Shown: positions 1 to 9,938, counted from the first letter of the stretch. The stretch is 32,000 nucleotides of DNA from Bellilinea caldifistulae (GCF_001306055.1 NZ_LGHJ01000012.1:120001-152000); one strand, 5' to 3'. Made by a program: numbers and translations. The notes: a model not told the origin generated them from the sequence alone.

Positions 1-807
1 CTTGCGAAGAGCCGTTTGGGCTGTATCTCCACCAAAATAAGCATGCAGAAAGGCGGCAAAAAGCGCATCGCCTGCGCCAATCGTGTTGCGCACCGGACGG
101 GTATTCACCGCCGGAACATGGCAGACCTCTCCGGCGTCGCGCTCACCCAGCAGACATCCCTTTTCCCCCAGCCCAATCCCCACAATTTGTGCCGGGTATC
201 TGGCCTGAATCGCCCGCAGCCACTCCTCCGGCGGTAAGGGCAGCCTTTCATGGCTCATAAAGAGAATATCCGCAAATTGCATAAAATCCCGGTTGTAATC
301 ATCCTCCAAATCCCCGATGGCGTGTACATCGGTTGCAATCGGTTTGCCCAGACGGCGCGCCTGCACTAGCAACGGGCGGGAAAAATTGATGTTGCAGAGG
401 ATGGCTGCATCACAAGCCGCCAGAGCCTGTGCGGCGAGCCGGGGCGGGTAAACCTGCTCTTGAATGTCCTTCAAATCCGTGTGAATCTGACGCCTGCCAT
501 GTGAATCGTAGAGGATCACTGACTGGGGCGTCTCTTCGAGCCGCTCCAGCACACTGGTTGATGGGATGCGGTCTCTCTGTAAGGCATTTTGCACCCGCCG
601 GCCGGCATCGTCCCTGCCAATCATTGAAAGAAATTCCACTTCGTTCCCCAGGCAGATGAGTGCTTTGGCAAGGTTATAGCCAACCCCTGAAACACTGGAC
701 TGGATGCCGTAAAAAGGAAAATTAACCGGATTGTAATCCAGCGGGAAGCGTTCAATTCGCAGGGTTGTTTCGATGTTGATCAGGCCCGAAACCAGAAAAC
801 GAGTCAT
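1..807 (-). CDS. PfkB-family carbohydrate kinase; C-terminus runs off the window edge
   Basis: Hand translation from the ATG at 807 gives MTRFLVSGLINIETTL...NTIGAGDALFAAFLHAYF. The GAGD anion-hole motif and overall layout fit ribokinase/PfkB kinases. The frame stays open to position 1. The ORF is missing from the supplied track because no stop lies in the window. Confidence 0.8.
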   Translation of the reverse strand, partial: MTRFLVSGLINIETTLRIERFPLDYNPVNFPFYGIQSSVSGVGYNLAKALICLGNEVEFLSMIGRDDAGRRVQNALQRDRIPSTSVLERLEETPQSVILYDSHGRRQIHTDLKDIQEQVYPPRLAAQALAACDAAILCNINFSRPLLVQARRLGKPIATDVHAIGDLEDDYNRDFMQFADILFMSHERLPLPPEEWLRAIQARYPAQIVGIGLGEKGCLLGERDAGEVCHVPAVNTRPVRNTIGAGDALFAAFLHAYFGGDTAQTALRK

Positions 808-816
808 CCGAAAGGC

Positions 817-1731
817 TCATACCACCGTTTCCACAATGCGGGTCAGCACATGACGCTCGACCTGCGCATCGTTGTGGGGTGTCGGCACATCCCGGAACAG
901 ATACCAGTCCTCGACATGCTCGATGAAGCCCTGAGGGGGAATGGTTTGCAGCGGGCCAAGCGTTTCCAGTTCCAAAAAGCGTTCGTTGATAAAAACCTCG
1001 ACATTGCAGCCCAAATCGGGATAGACCGCCTCGCCTGCCACCGCAAAGCGTTTGATGAACAAATGTCCACGGCGGGCATAGGCACACCACCCGCTGGGGA
1101 TGAAGGCGCCAATCTTCTGGGCGATTTTGATCAAGGGGTCTTGGCGCACCAGCAAGTACTGACGGCCCCAAATCAAGCGCGCATCGCTCAGGTCGGTATA
1201 CGGCCACAACGCAAGGGAATTGACCGGCAGTAAACCAGCCGGATCGGTATGCGGCAGGCGCGGCGGCATCGGTAAAATGGCCGTGCCGCCGGAAAGCATC
1301 ACCGAGAGCGCCCAAGGGGCAAGCCGCACATCCCATAACCCGCGGTTATACAACCGATGAATCACCCGTACATGAGTTCCCACCGGCGAAAGGCGGATAT
1401 CCATCTCCTTCTGGATGCCGGTGGTGCGCTCAACCGGTTGAGTAACACGAACACCGTCCCCCAAATCCTGCCAGACGAGAGGTTCATTATCGGGGTAGTA
1501 GGTACGCGGGTCGGCTTCCGGCGCATGCCACAGGCGGTGACCGCCGTACATCCGCCATCCATCCCTGCCCGCTTGGCCCTGGTCTTCCTCGATTTCGGCA
1601 AATTCGTTTTCCTCATCGAGGAAACCGTACCGCAAAATCCGTGGCCCGAATTGAGTAGAGACAATCACATCCACCAGTTCATTTCGAAAGCGGATGCACT
1701 CCTGCCAGCCGTTGAACGATACCATCTCCAT
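817..1731 (-). CDS. Conserved hypothetical protein, possibly with a galactose-mutarotase-like beta fold (tentative)
   Basis: Long ORF with non-repetitive composition. The track start at 1749 is a GTG. I prefer the ATG at 1731 (MEMVSFNGW...), which has a GAGGGTGG purine tract upstream. The stop lies 10 nt before the PfkB kinase start, suggesting a sugar-related operon. The fold call comes only from length and composition. Confidence 0.55.
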   Translation of the reverse strand: MEMVSFNGWQECIRFRNELVDVIVSTQFGPRILRYGFLDEENEFAEIEEDQGQAGRDGWRMYGGHRLWHAPEADPRTYYPDNEPLVWQDLGDGVRVTQPVERTTGIQKEMDIRLSPVGTHVRVIHRLYNRGLWDVRLAPWALSVMLSGGTAILPMPPRLPHTDPAGLLPVNSLALWPYTDLSDARLIWGRQYLLVRQDPLIKIAQKIGAFIPSGWCAYARRGHLFIKRFAVAGEAVYPDLGCNVEVFINERFLELETLGPLQTIPPQGFIEHVEDWYLFRDVPTPHNDAQVERHVLTRIVETVV

Positions 1732-1770
1732 AAGACCTACCACCCTCACTCCAGGATTCGATGCCGGACT

Positions 1771-2277
1771 CTATCCCAGCGAATTAGCCAGCAACACCAC
1801 ACTACCGATACATAAGATTGTAACCGCAATCACCACCAGGATAATTCCCGCCACCAATTCGGCTTTGCCGGTCTTACCGGCTTCCAAAACCGCCTCGGAT
1901 GGGTTTTGAGGATTGTAGAAGACCGGAACATTTTTCCCGGCGGGGTAATACGCAATCCGCTCTTCAACTTTCCTGCGGTTACTGATGGCAACGCTGGGGC
2001 CAATCCCCATTCGATCACCGGTATAAGTTATCCCCGCCACCTGATATTCGAACCGCACAACGGGGGAGTAGGTATAGGTTGAGATACCGTCTTCATCTTC
2101 GCTCTCATGTTCCGCAATGCGCGACTCGATTATCCGGCCGGTGGTTTTTGGCCAGTCAAGGCTTTGCCGGGCTTTTTCTTTGTTCTTCTGATAGCGCAGA
2201 ATTAACCACACCCCAATGCCGGCAAAGAGCAAAAACAGACCACCCCCACACAAAACAACAAAAAGCGCACTAGCCAT
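1771..2277 (-). CDS. DUF3592-like membrane protein (TM, beta-rich domain, TM)
   Basis: An N-terminal TM (ALFVVLCGGGLFLLFAGIGVWLIL) and a C-terminal TM (LVAGIILVVIAVTILCIGSVVLL) flank about 110 soluble residues. A GGGAGGGG RBS precedes the ATG at 2277. Confidence 0.6.
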   Translation of the reverse strand: MASALFVVLCGGGLFLLFAGIGVWLILRYQKNKEKARQSLDWPKTTGRIIESRIAEHESEDEDGISTYTYSPVVRFEYQVAGITYTGDRMGIGPSVAISNRRKVEERIAYYPAGKNVPVFYNPQNPSEAVLEAGKTGKAELVAGIILVVIAVTILCIGSVVLLANSLG

Positions 2278-2360
2278 TGGCAGCCCCTCCCGTGATCAGG
2301 AATTCCTTTTCATTATACATAACTTTATAATGGGAAAGGGCGTTGGACGAGGGGCACTTT

Positions 2361-3602
2361 TCAACCAATCTCTACCAGCAATTGACCCGGGTCTTCGAGC
2401 ATCTGTTTGATGCGTACCAGAAACTGAACCGCCTCGCGGCCATCCACAATCCGGTGATCGTAACTCAACGCCAGATACATCATCGGGCGGATGACCACCT
2501 GCCCGTTGACTGCCACCGGCCGCTCTTGAATCCGGTGCATACCGAGGATGCCAACCTGGGGTGGATTGAGAATCGGCGTACTCAGCAGGGAGCCAAACAC
2601 GCCACCATTGGTGATGGTAAAAGTGCCACCGCGCAAATCATCCAGGGTGAGACTTCCTTCGCCGGCTTTGCGAACAAACTCGCCAATCTTGCGTTCAATC
2701 TCGGCAAAGCTCAGGTTTTGGGCATCCCGCAGCACCGGCACCACCAACCCTTCGGCATCCCCTACCGCAATGCCAATGTCGTAGTAGTATTTGCGGACAA
2801 TCTCAGTCCCCTGAATCTCGGCATTCAGGTTGGGGAACTCACGCAGAGCGGCAACACTGGCCTTGACGAAAAACGACATGAAGCCCAAATCCACCCCATG
2901 GCGCTTTTGAAAGGCTTCGCGGTAACGTTTGCGCAAAGCGATGATCTCGCTCATGTCCACCTCATTGAACGTGGTCAGCATGGCAGCAGTTTGCTGGGCT
3001 TCTACCAGCCGGCGGGCAATTGTCTGGCGGCGGCGGCTCATGCGGATGCGCTCCTCGCGCCGCTCACCGGTGACGGGGGGCGGTGCCGCCTGCGGAGCCG
3101 GTTGAACCGGCCGAGCAGGCGGTTCGCTCGACCTGGCCGGTTCGGATGGAGCAATTTTCTGGCGACTGAGGTAGGTCAGCACGTCCTCACGAGTGATTCG
3201 TCCCCCCGTTCCGCTGCCGCTGATTTCTTCCAGCGGAACACCCTCTTCTTCGGCTAACTTGCGCGCCAGCGGGGTGATTGAGGGGGCAGCCGGCTGAGGC
3301 TTTTCAATGAGCGGCTGGGTTTGTGCGGAAGGCTCACTCACCGGCGGCGCGGTTTGTTTCTCCTCCGTCGGTGCAATCAGCGCAAGCACCTCCCCAACCG
3401 CTACCGTTTCACCGGCCTGTTTCTCAATCCGTTCCAGCACTCCGTCGGCGGGTGCGCTGACTTCCAGGTTGATTTTATCGGTTTCCAGTTCCAGCAGCAC
3501 CTCGCCGGCACGTACCGGTTCGCCTTCTTTCTTTAACCAACGTCCAACCGTGCCTTCCAGAATCGATTCGCCCATTTCGGGAACTTTGACCGCTATGCTC
3601 AT
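2361..3602 (-). CDS. sucB: 2-oxoglutarate dehydrogenase E2, dihydrolipoyllysine-residue succinyltransferase
   Basis: Contains a lipoyl domain with the ETDK lipoyl-lysine motif and an Ala/Pro-rich linker. Also contains an E3-binding segment ([12 protein letters not shown]) and a catalytic domain ending in SYDHRIVDG (the DHRxxDG motif). Its ATG directly abuts the E1 stop (TAGATG). Confidence 0.9.
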   Translation of the reverse strand: MSIAVKVPEMGESILEGTVGRWLKKEGEPVRAGEVLLELETDKINLEVSAPADGVLERIEKQAGETVAVGEVLALIAPTEEKQTAPPVSEPSAQTQPLIEKPQPAAPSITPLARKLAEEEGVPLEEISGSGTGGRITREDVLTYLSRQKIAPSEPARSSEPPARPVQPAPQAAPPPVTGERREERIRMSRRRQTIARRLVEAQQTAAMLTTFNEVDMSEIIALRKRYREAFQKRHGVDLGFMSFFVKASVAALREFPNLNAEIQGTEIVRKYYYDIGIAVGDAEGLVVPVLRDAQNLSFAEIERKIGEFVRKAGEGSLTLDDLRGGTFTITNGGVFGSLLSTPILNPPQVGILGMHRIQERPVAVNGQVVIRPMMYLALSYDHRIVDGREAVQFLVRIKQMLEDPGQLLVEIG

Positions 3603-6380
3603 CTACTCCTCCTCTTGCGGGTTTGCCGAAAAAGCGCGCCGGATCAGCCATTGTTGATTGTAGAGATGCAGGGCATTCGAGCCTTCTGCCGGGCTGGCGC
3701 TGCGCGGCCGGCTGATGACCTGCACCGGCGCACCCCAAACTTTCTCGATGTACGGACGCACAAACTCCCATGCCCCCATATTTTGGGGTTCTTCCTGCAC
3801 CCAGCGGACTTCTTTGAGATTGGGAAAGCCATCTAACACAGCGGCGAGCTCTTCGAGGGGGAATGGCGCCAGTTGTTCCAGGCGGACAATGGCGGTTTGG
3901 GGGTTCTGGCGACGCACCTCACTGACGGTCAAGTCCACCGCCACCTTACCACTGCACAACAGCGCCCGCTCGACCTCTTCCGGCGGGGTGTTATCGGTCA
4001 GCACCGGCAGAAAGCCGCCGCGCGTAAAATCCACTCCCGCCGAAGCCACCAGCGGATGGCGTAGCAGGCTTTTGGGGGTCATCACCACCAGCGGTAGGGG
4101 ATGTTTCTGAATCAACAGGGCCTGCCGGCGCAGCAGGTGAAAGTACTGAGCGGCGGTGGTGCAGTTGACCACTTGCAGATTCTCATCCGCATACAGGTTG
4201 AGGATGCGCTCCAGACGCCCACTGGAATGATCCGGCCCCTGGCCCTCAAAGCCGTGCGGCAGCAGCAGCACCAGCCCCGGGGTCAGCAGCCACTTGGCGC
4301 GGGCGGTTGTGATGAACTCATCCACCATCACCTGAGCGCCGTTGATGAAATCACCGTATTGGGCTTCCCAAATCACCAGCCGGTCGGGTGACTGAATGCT
4401 GTAGCCGTATTCAAAGCCCAGCGCAGCCAGCTCCGAAAGCGGGCTGTTGTAAATTTCAAAGGCAGCCCTTGCCTGCGGCAAGCGCTGTAATGGAATGAAC
4501 TTTTCGCCGGTTTGGTAATCAAACAGGGCGGCATGGCGTTGACTGAACGTACCCCGCAGGACATCCTGTCCAGTCATACGGATGGGAATACCCTCCTCCA
4601 GTATCGAAGCAAACGCCAGTTCTTCCGCCTGCGCCCACTCAATTGCAGGCCAGTGGATGTCCTCCATCCATCGGGTGCGCCGCTCGCGCGCCTTGGTCAA
4701 CTTGGGGTGCAGGTGAAAATTCTCCGGCAATTGCTGCAAAGCCCGGCTGAGGGTCTGCAATCGTTCAAGAGGAATGCCGGTTTCAATGTCTTTCAGGGAA
4801 AATCGGCCGGGTTTGGGAGATTCGGCCTCCGTTTGAAGGACGGCGTTGGCATCCAGGCTGTTTAGGATGTTTTGCAGGCGCTGCTCACAGTCAAGGATGA
4901 TCTGCTCTTCCTGGGCGGGGGTCAATTCGGCTCGCTCCATTAATTGCTGCGCCCACTGACGGCGTACGGTGGGGTGCTGCTCAATTTTTGCGTACAGGCG
5001 CGGCTGGGTGAATGAGGGTTCATCCCCCTCGTTGTGTCCGTGGCGGCGGTAGCCGATCAGGTCAATCACAAAATCGCGATGAAACTGCTGGCGGTAAGCC
5101 CATCCCAGGCGAATCGCCAATAAACAAGCCAACGGGTCATCGGCGTTGACATGCACAATCGGCACGCGAAAGCCCTTTGCCAGATCACTGGCAAAGATGG
5201 TGCTGCGCCCGTCCTTGGGGTCGGTTGTGAAACCCAACTGATTGTTGGTGATGATATGAATCGTACCGCCGGTATGATAACCTTCCAATTTGTACAGGTT
5301 GAAGGTTTCGGCGACCACCCCCTGACCGGGAAAGGCTGCATCCCCATGAATGAGCACCGGCAGAGCCGCCAGCGGGTCGAAACGGGGGGAACCGGGTTGG
5401 CAGGTCTGGCTGCCGGCTGCCCGCGCCATTCCCTCAACCACCGGGTTGACCGCTTCCAGATGACTGGGGTTGGGCACCAGGGTGATCTCGATACAGGCCG
5501 CACATTCATCCTCGGCGGCTTGCCGACCGCCCAGATGGTATTTGACATCCCCGCTGAACCCCAGCGCATCATCATTGCGCAGTCGGCGCTCCAGCGGGTC
5601 TTTGAACTCCGCCAGAATCGTTTCGTACGGCATACCCAACACATGCGCCAGCACATTCAAGCGCCCGCGATGTGCCATGCCCATCAGCACGTGCCGGACT
5701 CCGCCCTCCCCAGCCAGTCGGATGAGCTCATCCAGCATCGGCACCAGCATATCCACCCCTTCAATCGAAAAACGGGTTTTACCCGGGAAAGTGCGTTGCA
5801 GAAAACGCTCAAAAACTTCCACCTCGGTCAGGCGTTCCAGCAAAGCCAAACGCTCTTGCGGGGTTAAATCCGGCTGGTAGAGTTCCTCCTCAACGGCCTG
5901 TCGCAACCAGTGGCGTTCCTCCGGCACACGAATTTGCAGATAATCATGGCCGATCCTGCCGCTGTATAGCGATCGCAGCCGTTGAACGGCATCCAGCGCC
6001 GTCGAACTGCGCCGGGCAGCCGCTCCACCCACCAGGCGTGCCGGCAGAGCAGCCAGTTCTTCCTTGCTCAGGCCGTAGGTAGATTCCTCCAGCCACGGGT
6101 CACCCGGTGGCGGGGAACCGAGCGGATCCAGATGGGCATCAAAATGCCCGTACTGACGGATTGCCTCAGCCAGACGGCTGACCGCCACGGCCTTTTCGGG
6201 TGGGATACCGTCCTGGCTAAGCTCGGGGCGAAGGGTCTCACTTTTTTTCTCGAAAACGGGAGGAAATCGGTCAAAGAAAATTCGCAATGCCGTATCTACG
6301 GCGTTCGGATCCTCACAGTATTTTTCATATAAATCCAGCAAATAGGCTTGATTGAAGCCGTTGAACTCATCCCACTCCAT
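3603..6380 (-). CDS. sucA: 2-oxoglutarate dehydrogenase E1 component
   Basis: The 925-aa length fits. A ThDP-binding region (IHGDAAFPGQGVVAETFNL) is present and the protein is SucA-like throughout. A GGGAGAGGG RBS precedes the ATG at 6380, and E2 follows immediately. Confidence 0.92.
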   Translation of the reverse strand: MEWDEFNGFNQAYLLDLYEKYCEDPNAVDTALRIFFDRFPPVFEKKSETLRPELSQDGIPPEKAVAVSRLAEAIRQYGHFDAHLDPLGSPPPGDPWLEESTYGLSKEELAALPARLVGGAAARRSSTALDAVQRLRSLYSGRIGHDYLQIRVPEERHWLRQAVEEELYQPDLTPQERLALLERLTEVEVFERFLQRTFPGKTRFSIEGVDMLVPMLDELIRLAGEGGVRHVLMGMAHRGRLNVLAHVLGMPYETILAEFKDPLERRLRNDDALGFSGDVKYHLGGRQAAEDECAACIEITLVPNPSHLEAVNPVVEGMARAAGSQTCQPGSPRFDPLAALPVLIHGDAAFPGQGVVAETFNLYKLEGYHTGGTIHIITNNQLGFTTDPKDGRSTIFASDLAKGFRVPIVHVNADDPLACLLAIRLGWAYRQQFHRDFVIDLIGYRRHGHNEGDEPSFTQPRLYAKIEQHPTVRRQWAQQLMERAELTPAQEEQIILDCEQRLQNILNSLDANAVLQTEAESPKPGRFSLKDIETGIPLERLQTLSRALQQLPENFHLHPKLTKARERRTRWMEDIHWPAIEWAQAEELAFASILEEGIPIRMTGQDVLRGTFSQRHAALFDYQTGEKFIPLQRLPQARAAFEIYNSPLSELAALGFEYGYSIQSPDRLVIWEAQYGDFINGAQVMVDEFITTARAKWLLTPGLVLLLPHGFEGQGPDHSSGRLERILNLYADENLQVVNCTTAAQYFHLLRRQALLIQKHPLPLVVMTPKSLLRHPLVASAGVDFTRGGFLPVLTDNTPPEEVERALLCSGKVAVDLTVSEVRRQNPQTAIVRLEQLAPFPLEELAAVLDGFPNLKEVRWVQEEPQNMGAWEFVRPYIEKVWGAPVQVISRPRSASPAEGSNALHLYNQQWLIRRAFSANPQEEE

Positions 6381-6498
6381 GCTGCCCTCTCCCTTAGCCG
6401 CGTCGTCGGTTAATCTTAACGGTCATGGCGCATGGCTGTCAACCAGATCGGGCAAAGTTGAACAAGGTTGTACAACCTGTGTGGAAAAGCCGGGTGGT

Positions 6499-7578
6499 TT
6501 ACCGCGACGGTTGAACGCGCACCACCCTGCCGCGGCTGTTGACATCCAGTATCCAGCGGCTGCCGGGCTGAGCCTGCCGGAAGAGCGATTCATCACTGGT
6601 TTCGTAGGTGTAAGTTTCGCCATCGGCGCGGAAAACGATTTGATAAACTGCCTGCCGGGAACCAATCCGCTGGTCGCTGCTCAACTGGGGCTGGGGAAAG
6701 ACCGGATTGGAGTCGCTGCCGCTCAGGGTCAGGGTATCCACCTCCGTCCAATCCAGGATGGAATAGCGGCAGTATTCGGCATAAACCTGATAGACACAAT
6801 CCTGAACGACTTCGCCGAAACCGGTGCCCTGATCCACGGTGTAGGGAGTGCCGCACACCTCGGTGGCAACCGGCTGAGGCTCATCGGAGGTGAACGCAAA
6901 ACGATATTCACAGCCCAGCACCTGCGCCCCACCGGGCAGGTTCTCGCGCCAATCGGCCCGCTCAACCGGCTGCAAGGCTTCCAGCACCAGCCGGGTTTGC
7001 CAGCCGGCCGACTCGACCGTGCCGACGACTTCGCTGGTACGATTGAACACACCGCCGATCACCAGCAAACAACCAAGGATTGCCACAATCAGCACCGCTG
7101 CAATCACCAGCATAGCGCTGCGTGAACGGGTTTTCGGCGCAGCTGCAGCCGGAGCAGGCGGCGGGGTTTTGGTCAGCGGCGACCCGCAGGTTCGGCAATA
7201 GCGGGCGGCCGCGGGGTTCGGCGAGCCGCAGGCCGGGCAAGCCACATCTTCAACCGCTGCGGTTGAAAACGCCCCCACGACTTCACCCGCCTTGCGCTGA
7301 ACACCCTCTTTCAAATCGGCACCGCATTGGCGGCAGGTTTCAGCCTCAGCCGGGTTGCGGGTTCCGCAAAATCCGCAGTGAATATCCGGTTTCCGGGCTG
7401 CAATTTGTTGGGCTTCTTCCCCGCTAATCAGTTCCTGTTCGAGGGGTTGTTCAAACTTCACATCTTCCGGCTGCGGCCCGCCGCAGGAAAGACAGACCTT
7501 CTCGGCACCTGGGTTGCGCGTTCCGCAGCGCGGACAGGTCCATTCCAACTGGGTGTATCCAAGGCTCTTGCGCGCCAC
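6499..7578 (-). CDS. Membrane protein with three N-terminal zinc-ribbon repeats
   Basis: The unit C-x2-C-G-[TS]-x-N-P-x(5-6)-C-x2-C-G occurs three times. One TM follows (AMLVIAAVLIVAILGCLLVIGGV), then about 190 C-terminal residues. The track start at 7614 is a TTG. I prefer the GTG at 7578, which lies 8 nt after AGGAG (7591-7587). The start is uncertain. Confidence 0.7.
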   Translation of the reverse strand: MARKSLGYTQLEWTCPRCGTRNPGAEKVCLSCGGPQPEDVKFEQPLEQELISGEEAQQIAARKPDIHCGFCGTRNPAEAETCRQCGADLKEGVQRKAGEVVGAFSTAAVEDVACPACGSPNPAAARYCRTCGSPLTKTPPPAPAAAAPKTRSRSAMLVIAAVLIVAILGCLLVIGGVFNRTSEVVGTVESAGWQTRLVLEALQPVERADWRENLPGGAQVLGCEYRFAFTSDEPQPVATEVCGTPYTVDQGTGFGEVVQDCVYQVYAEYCRYSILDWTEVDTLTLSGSDSNPVFPQPQLSSDQRIGSRQAVYQIVFRADGETYTYETSDESLFRQAQPGSRWILDVNSRGRVVRVQPSR

Positions 7579-7718
7579 AATTCCAACTCCTGTTTTTTTG
7601 ATTACTTTATTCAACTATAAGATTACCTTATTTCCTCAATTTGTTCCACAATTCCGGCAGGGTACTTTTCAAAACACCTCATCTGAATTGGGTTTATAAT
7701 CGGGGCGGGAGGGTTACC

Positions 7719-8453
7719 ATGACACTGATTGAAGCATTACTGAAGACCATGCCAGCCGAACCGGTCGCGGTACGGGAAGTAATGGTTGGCGTAAACTGGA
7801 CGGCTGTGTGCAGTCGTCAATGCGGCCTTGCCGCTACGCTGCGAAATGAAGGGGAACACGGCAGCAACCGCATTCGGGATGTGGGCAGCCTTCACCTCAA
7901 AACCGCTCAAGAGCTGGCCGGCTGGCTGAAATCCGAAAATCCGCTGGAAGCCAGTTTGGGCATGGCGGCTGTAAACTCGCTCCTGCCGCCTCCTCCTGAG
8001 AATCTGCTGACGGAAATCAACGCTTTTGATTACTTACAAACCATCGCAGCCGGAAAAACGGTTGTGATGGTCGGGCACTTTCCGCAAGTGGAAAAATTAC
8101 GTCACAGCGGGGCGCGCGTTCTGATTCTCGAAAAGCAACCCCGCGAACGAGACCTCCCCGCCGAAGCCGCACCGGATGTTGTTCCGTTGGCGGATATTCT
8201 TGCCATCACCGGAATGACGCTGGTCAATCACACCCTGGAAGACCTGCTGGGGTGGCGCAGTCCGCATTCCCTGGTCATGCTGCTTGGCCCCAGTACCCCG
8301 CTGACTCCCTTGCTGTTTGACTTCGGCATTCACCTGATTTCCGGCACTCAAATTGTGGATGAACAAGCCGCTCTGCTCACGATTCAGCAGGGAGCCGCTT
8401 TTCCGCAGGTCAAAGGCACCCGGCTGGTGACTCTGAGCCGATTACCGGTCTGA
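7719..8453 (+). CDS. DUF4213/DUF364-type Rossmann-like protein (putative metal-chelation domain family)
   Basis: Begins MTLIEALL... The Rossmann-like core is VVMVGHFPQVEKL...ARVLILEKQP...ILAITGMTLVNHTLEDLL. The ATG at 7719 is preceded by GGGAGGG. The track start at 7641 looks like an upstream extension. Confidence 0.6.
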   Translation: MTLIEALLKTMPAEPVAVREVMVGVNWTAVCSRQCGLAATLRNEGEHGSNRIRDVGSLHLKTAQELAGWLKSENPLEASLGMAAVNSLLPPPPENLLTEINAFDYLQTIAAGKTVVMVGHFPQVEKLRHSGARVLILEKQPRERDLPAEAAPDVVPLADILAITGMTLVNHTLEDLLGWRSPHSLVMLLGPSTPLTPLLFDFGIHLISGTQIVDEQAALLTIQQGAAFPQVKGTRLVTLSRLPV

Positions 8454-8517
8454 ACTCAACTTTTCGATGCAACTTTTTTTGACCCTCCATCGTAAGTAAA
8501 AACGGAGGTAATGAACC

Positions 8518-8718
8518 ATGCAAACCAAACGTTTATATCGAAGTCGTCAGGATCGAATGCTGGGCGGAGTGTGCGGCGGTCTGGCGGAGTATTTGGGCCT
8601 GGACCCCACCGTCGTCCGGCTGGTTTTTCTTTTGTTGTTTTTCCTCGGTGGTCAGGGATTGCTAATTTACCTGATCATGTGGCTGATTGTACCGGAAGAG
8701 CCGGTTTCTCCGCTTTAA
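8518..8718 (+). CDS. PspC-domain protein (phage-shock protein C family)
   Basis: RLYRSRQDRMLGGVCGGLAEYLGLDPTVVRLVFLLL is a classic PspC domain, followed by a TM. A GGAGG RBS at 8504-8508 lies 9 nt upstream. Confidence 0.8.
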   Translation: MQTKRLYRSRQDRMLGGVCGGLAEYLGLDPTVVRLVFLLLFFLGGQGLLIYLIMWLIVPEEPVSPL

Positions 8719-8791
8719 ATCCAAGCTTTATGGACGGCTATGGCCCCTTCTTCCCCAACCCGGACAGGCCATAGCCGCCTTGACCAATTGA

Positions 8792-9781
8792 ATGGAAAAA
8801 GATATGCATCAGAAATCCTACCGTTCTCTATTTTGGCCGGTGTTGTTGATCGGCGTCGGTGTCATCTGGCTGCTGAGCAATCTCGGCGTGATTCCCCCCC
8901 AGAATCTGGCCATGCTGGTCAACCTCTGGCCGTTGATCTTGATCGTCATCGGGCTTGATTTATTGATTGGGCGCCGCTCGGCGCTGACAGGCGCACTGGT
9001 TGCCGTGGTAGCGGTTGGCATTGCTGTGGTTGTCCTGATAGCCGGGCCGGCGTTGGGACTTTCCACCAGCGGTGTTCTGCGCCATGAATCGATCCGCGAT
9101 CCACTGCGAGAAGCCGCCCACGCCGAAATCACCCTCAACCTGAGCAGCCAGCCAGCCCGCATCTACCCCCTCAGCAATTCCACCAACCTGCTGGAAGCAG
9201 AGATTGATTATTTTGGCGAGCTGCGCTACACCTCAAACGGCGAAAGATTGCGCCGCATCCGCCTGCAACGTATCCAGCCCAATCCCTCGCTCAACTTTTC
9301 GGTTGATCCAACCGCCCGATGGGATATTGGCTTGACCCCTGCCATCCCGCTGGAATTAACGATTGACGCATCCTCCGGCTCGGCGGAATTCGATCTTTCT
9401 TCTTTGCAGCTAACCAGTCTGGTGATTGACCAGTCCTCGGGGCGATTGCAGATTCAACTGCCTTCGAGCGCCACGGCCTATACTGCCAAAATCAACGGCG
9501 GTTCGGGCAGTTTGCAAATCACCCTGCCGAAAGAGGGCAACTTCACCCTGCGGCTGGAAGGCAGCAGCGGAGCCATCCAGATCCGCACGGCTGGTGAAAT
9601 TCCGCTGCGGCTGGAAATTCGCGATGATGGTTCGGGGAGCGTGAATCTGCCGGCCTGGCTGAATCGCATTTCCGGCAGAGATAAAGAAGGCGTGTGGGAA
9701 AGCGCCTCTTATTCTGGCGCCTCTAATCCAATCGTGATCATCTGTGAAGATTTAGGCTCTGGCTCCTTTACCATCCGCTGA
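8792..9781 (+). CDS. LiaF-like membrane protein (LiaI/LiaF-type TM region plus a 'toast-rack' beta-repeat domain)
   Basis: Carries N-terminal TMs (LFWPVLLIGVGVIWLLSNLGVIP, LWPLILIVIGLDLLIG and others). The C-terminus repeats GSGS/SSG-x-(I/L)-x-(I/L) strand units (SSGSAEFDL, SSGRLQIQL, GSGSLQITL, SSGAIQIRT, GSGSVNL). It sits next to the PspC gene. Confidence 0.6.
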   Translation: MEKDMHQKSYRSLFWPVLLIGVGVIWLLSNLGVIPPQNLAMLVNLWPLILIVIGLDLLIGRRSALTGALVAVVAVGIAVVVLIAGPALGLSTSGVLRHESIRDPLREAAHAEITLNLSSQPARIYPLSNSTNLLEAEIDYFGELRYTSNGERLRRIRLQRIQPNPSLNFSVDPTARWDIGLTPAIPLELTIDASSGSAEFDLSSLQLTSLVIDQSSGRLQIQLPSSATAYTAKINGGSGSLQITLPKEGNFTLRLEGSSGAIQIRTAGEIPLRLEIRDDGSGSVNLPAWLNRISGRDKEGVWESASYSGASNPIVIICEDLGSGSFTIR

Positions 9782-9805
9782 GGATGAAGCAGCAACTGAA
9801 CCAGG

Positions 9806-9849
9806 GACGGCTGGGCAAACCCAAAAAGCGCCAGCCGTCTTTGAGTTTA
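9806..9849 (+). terminator. Putative rho-independent terminator after the LiaF-like gene
   Basis: GACGGCTGG ... CCAGCCGTC forms a 9-bp perfect stem followed by TTTGAGTTT. The loop is rather long, about 16 nt. Confidence 0.45.
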
Positions 9850-9938
9850 GAGACAAATCACTTTCGACGAAAGGATGACCGGCTAACCTTCCTGTGAGAT
9901 AATCAGGGACACAATCTCTTGACGGAGCATGCTCGGAT

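Noticed and set aside
2343-3257. A 304-aa plus-strand ORF lies entirely inside sucB. Similar long antisense ORFs occur at 5151-5867, 6352-7125, 11423-12064, 14666-15391, 17030-17581, 18035-18703, 23737-24354, 24272-25069 and 29348-29878.
   Set aside because: Each lies antisense to a gene with clear family motifs. Their translations are Arg/Gly/Pro/His-rich with no recognisable motifs. Long shadow ORFs are expected opposite genes in DNA of about 60% G+C.
6466-6477. A perfect 12-bp palindrome, GGTTGTACAACC, lies upstream of sucA. Related palindromes are CCTGTACAGG (15310-15319) and ATTGTATACAAT (19853-19864) in other intergenic regions. Together they might form a shared TGTACA operator.
   Set aside because: My rough estimate is 0.26 per complementary pair, so 0.26^6 across 32 kb gives about 10 perfect 12-bp palindromes by chance in this window. 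The TGTACA core alone is expected several times. There is no further evidence for a common regulator.
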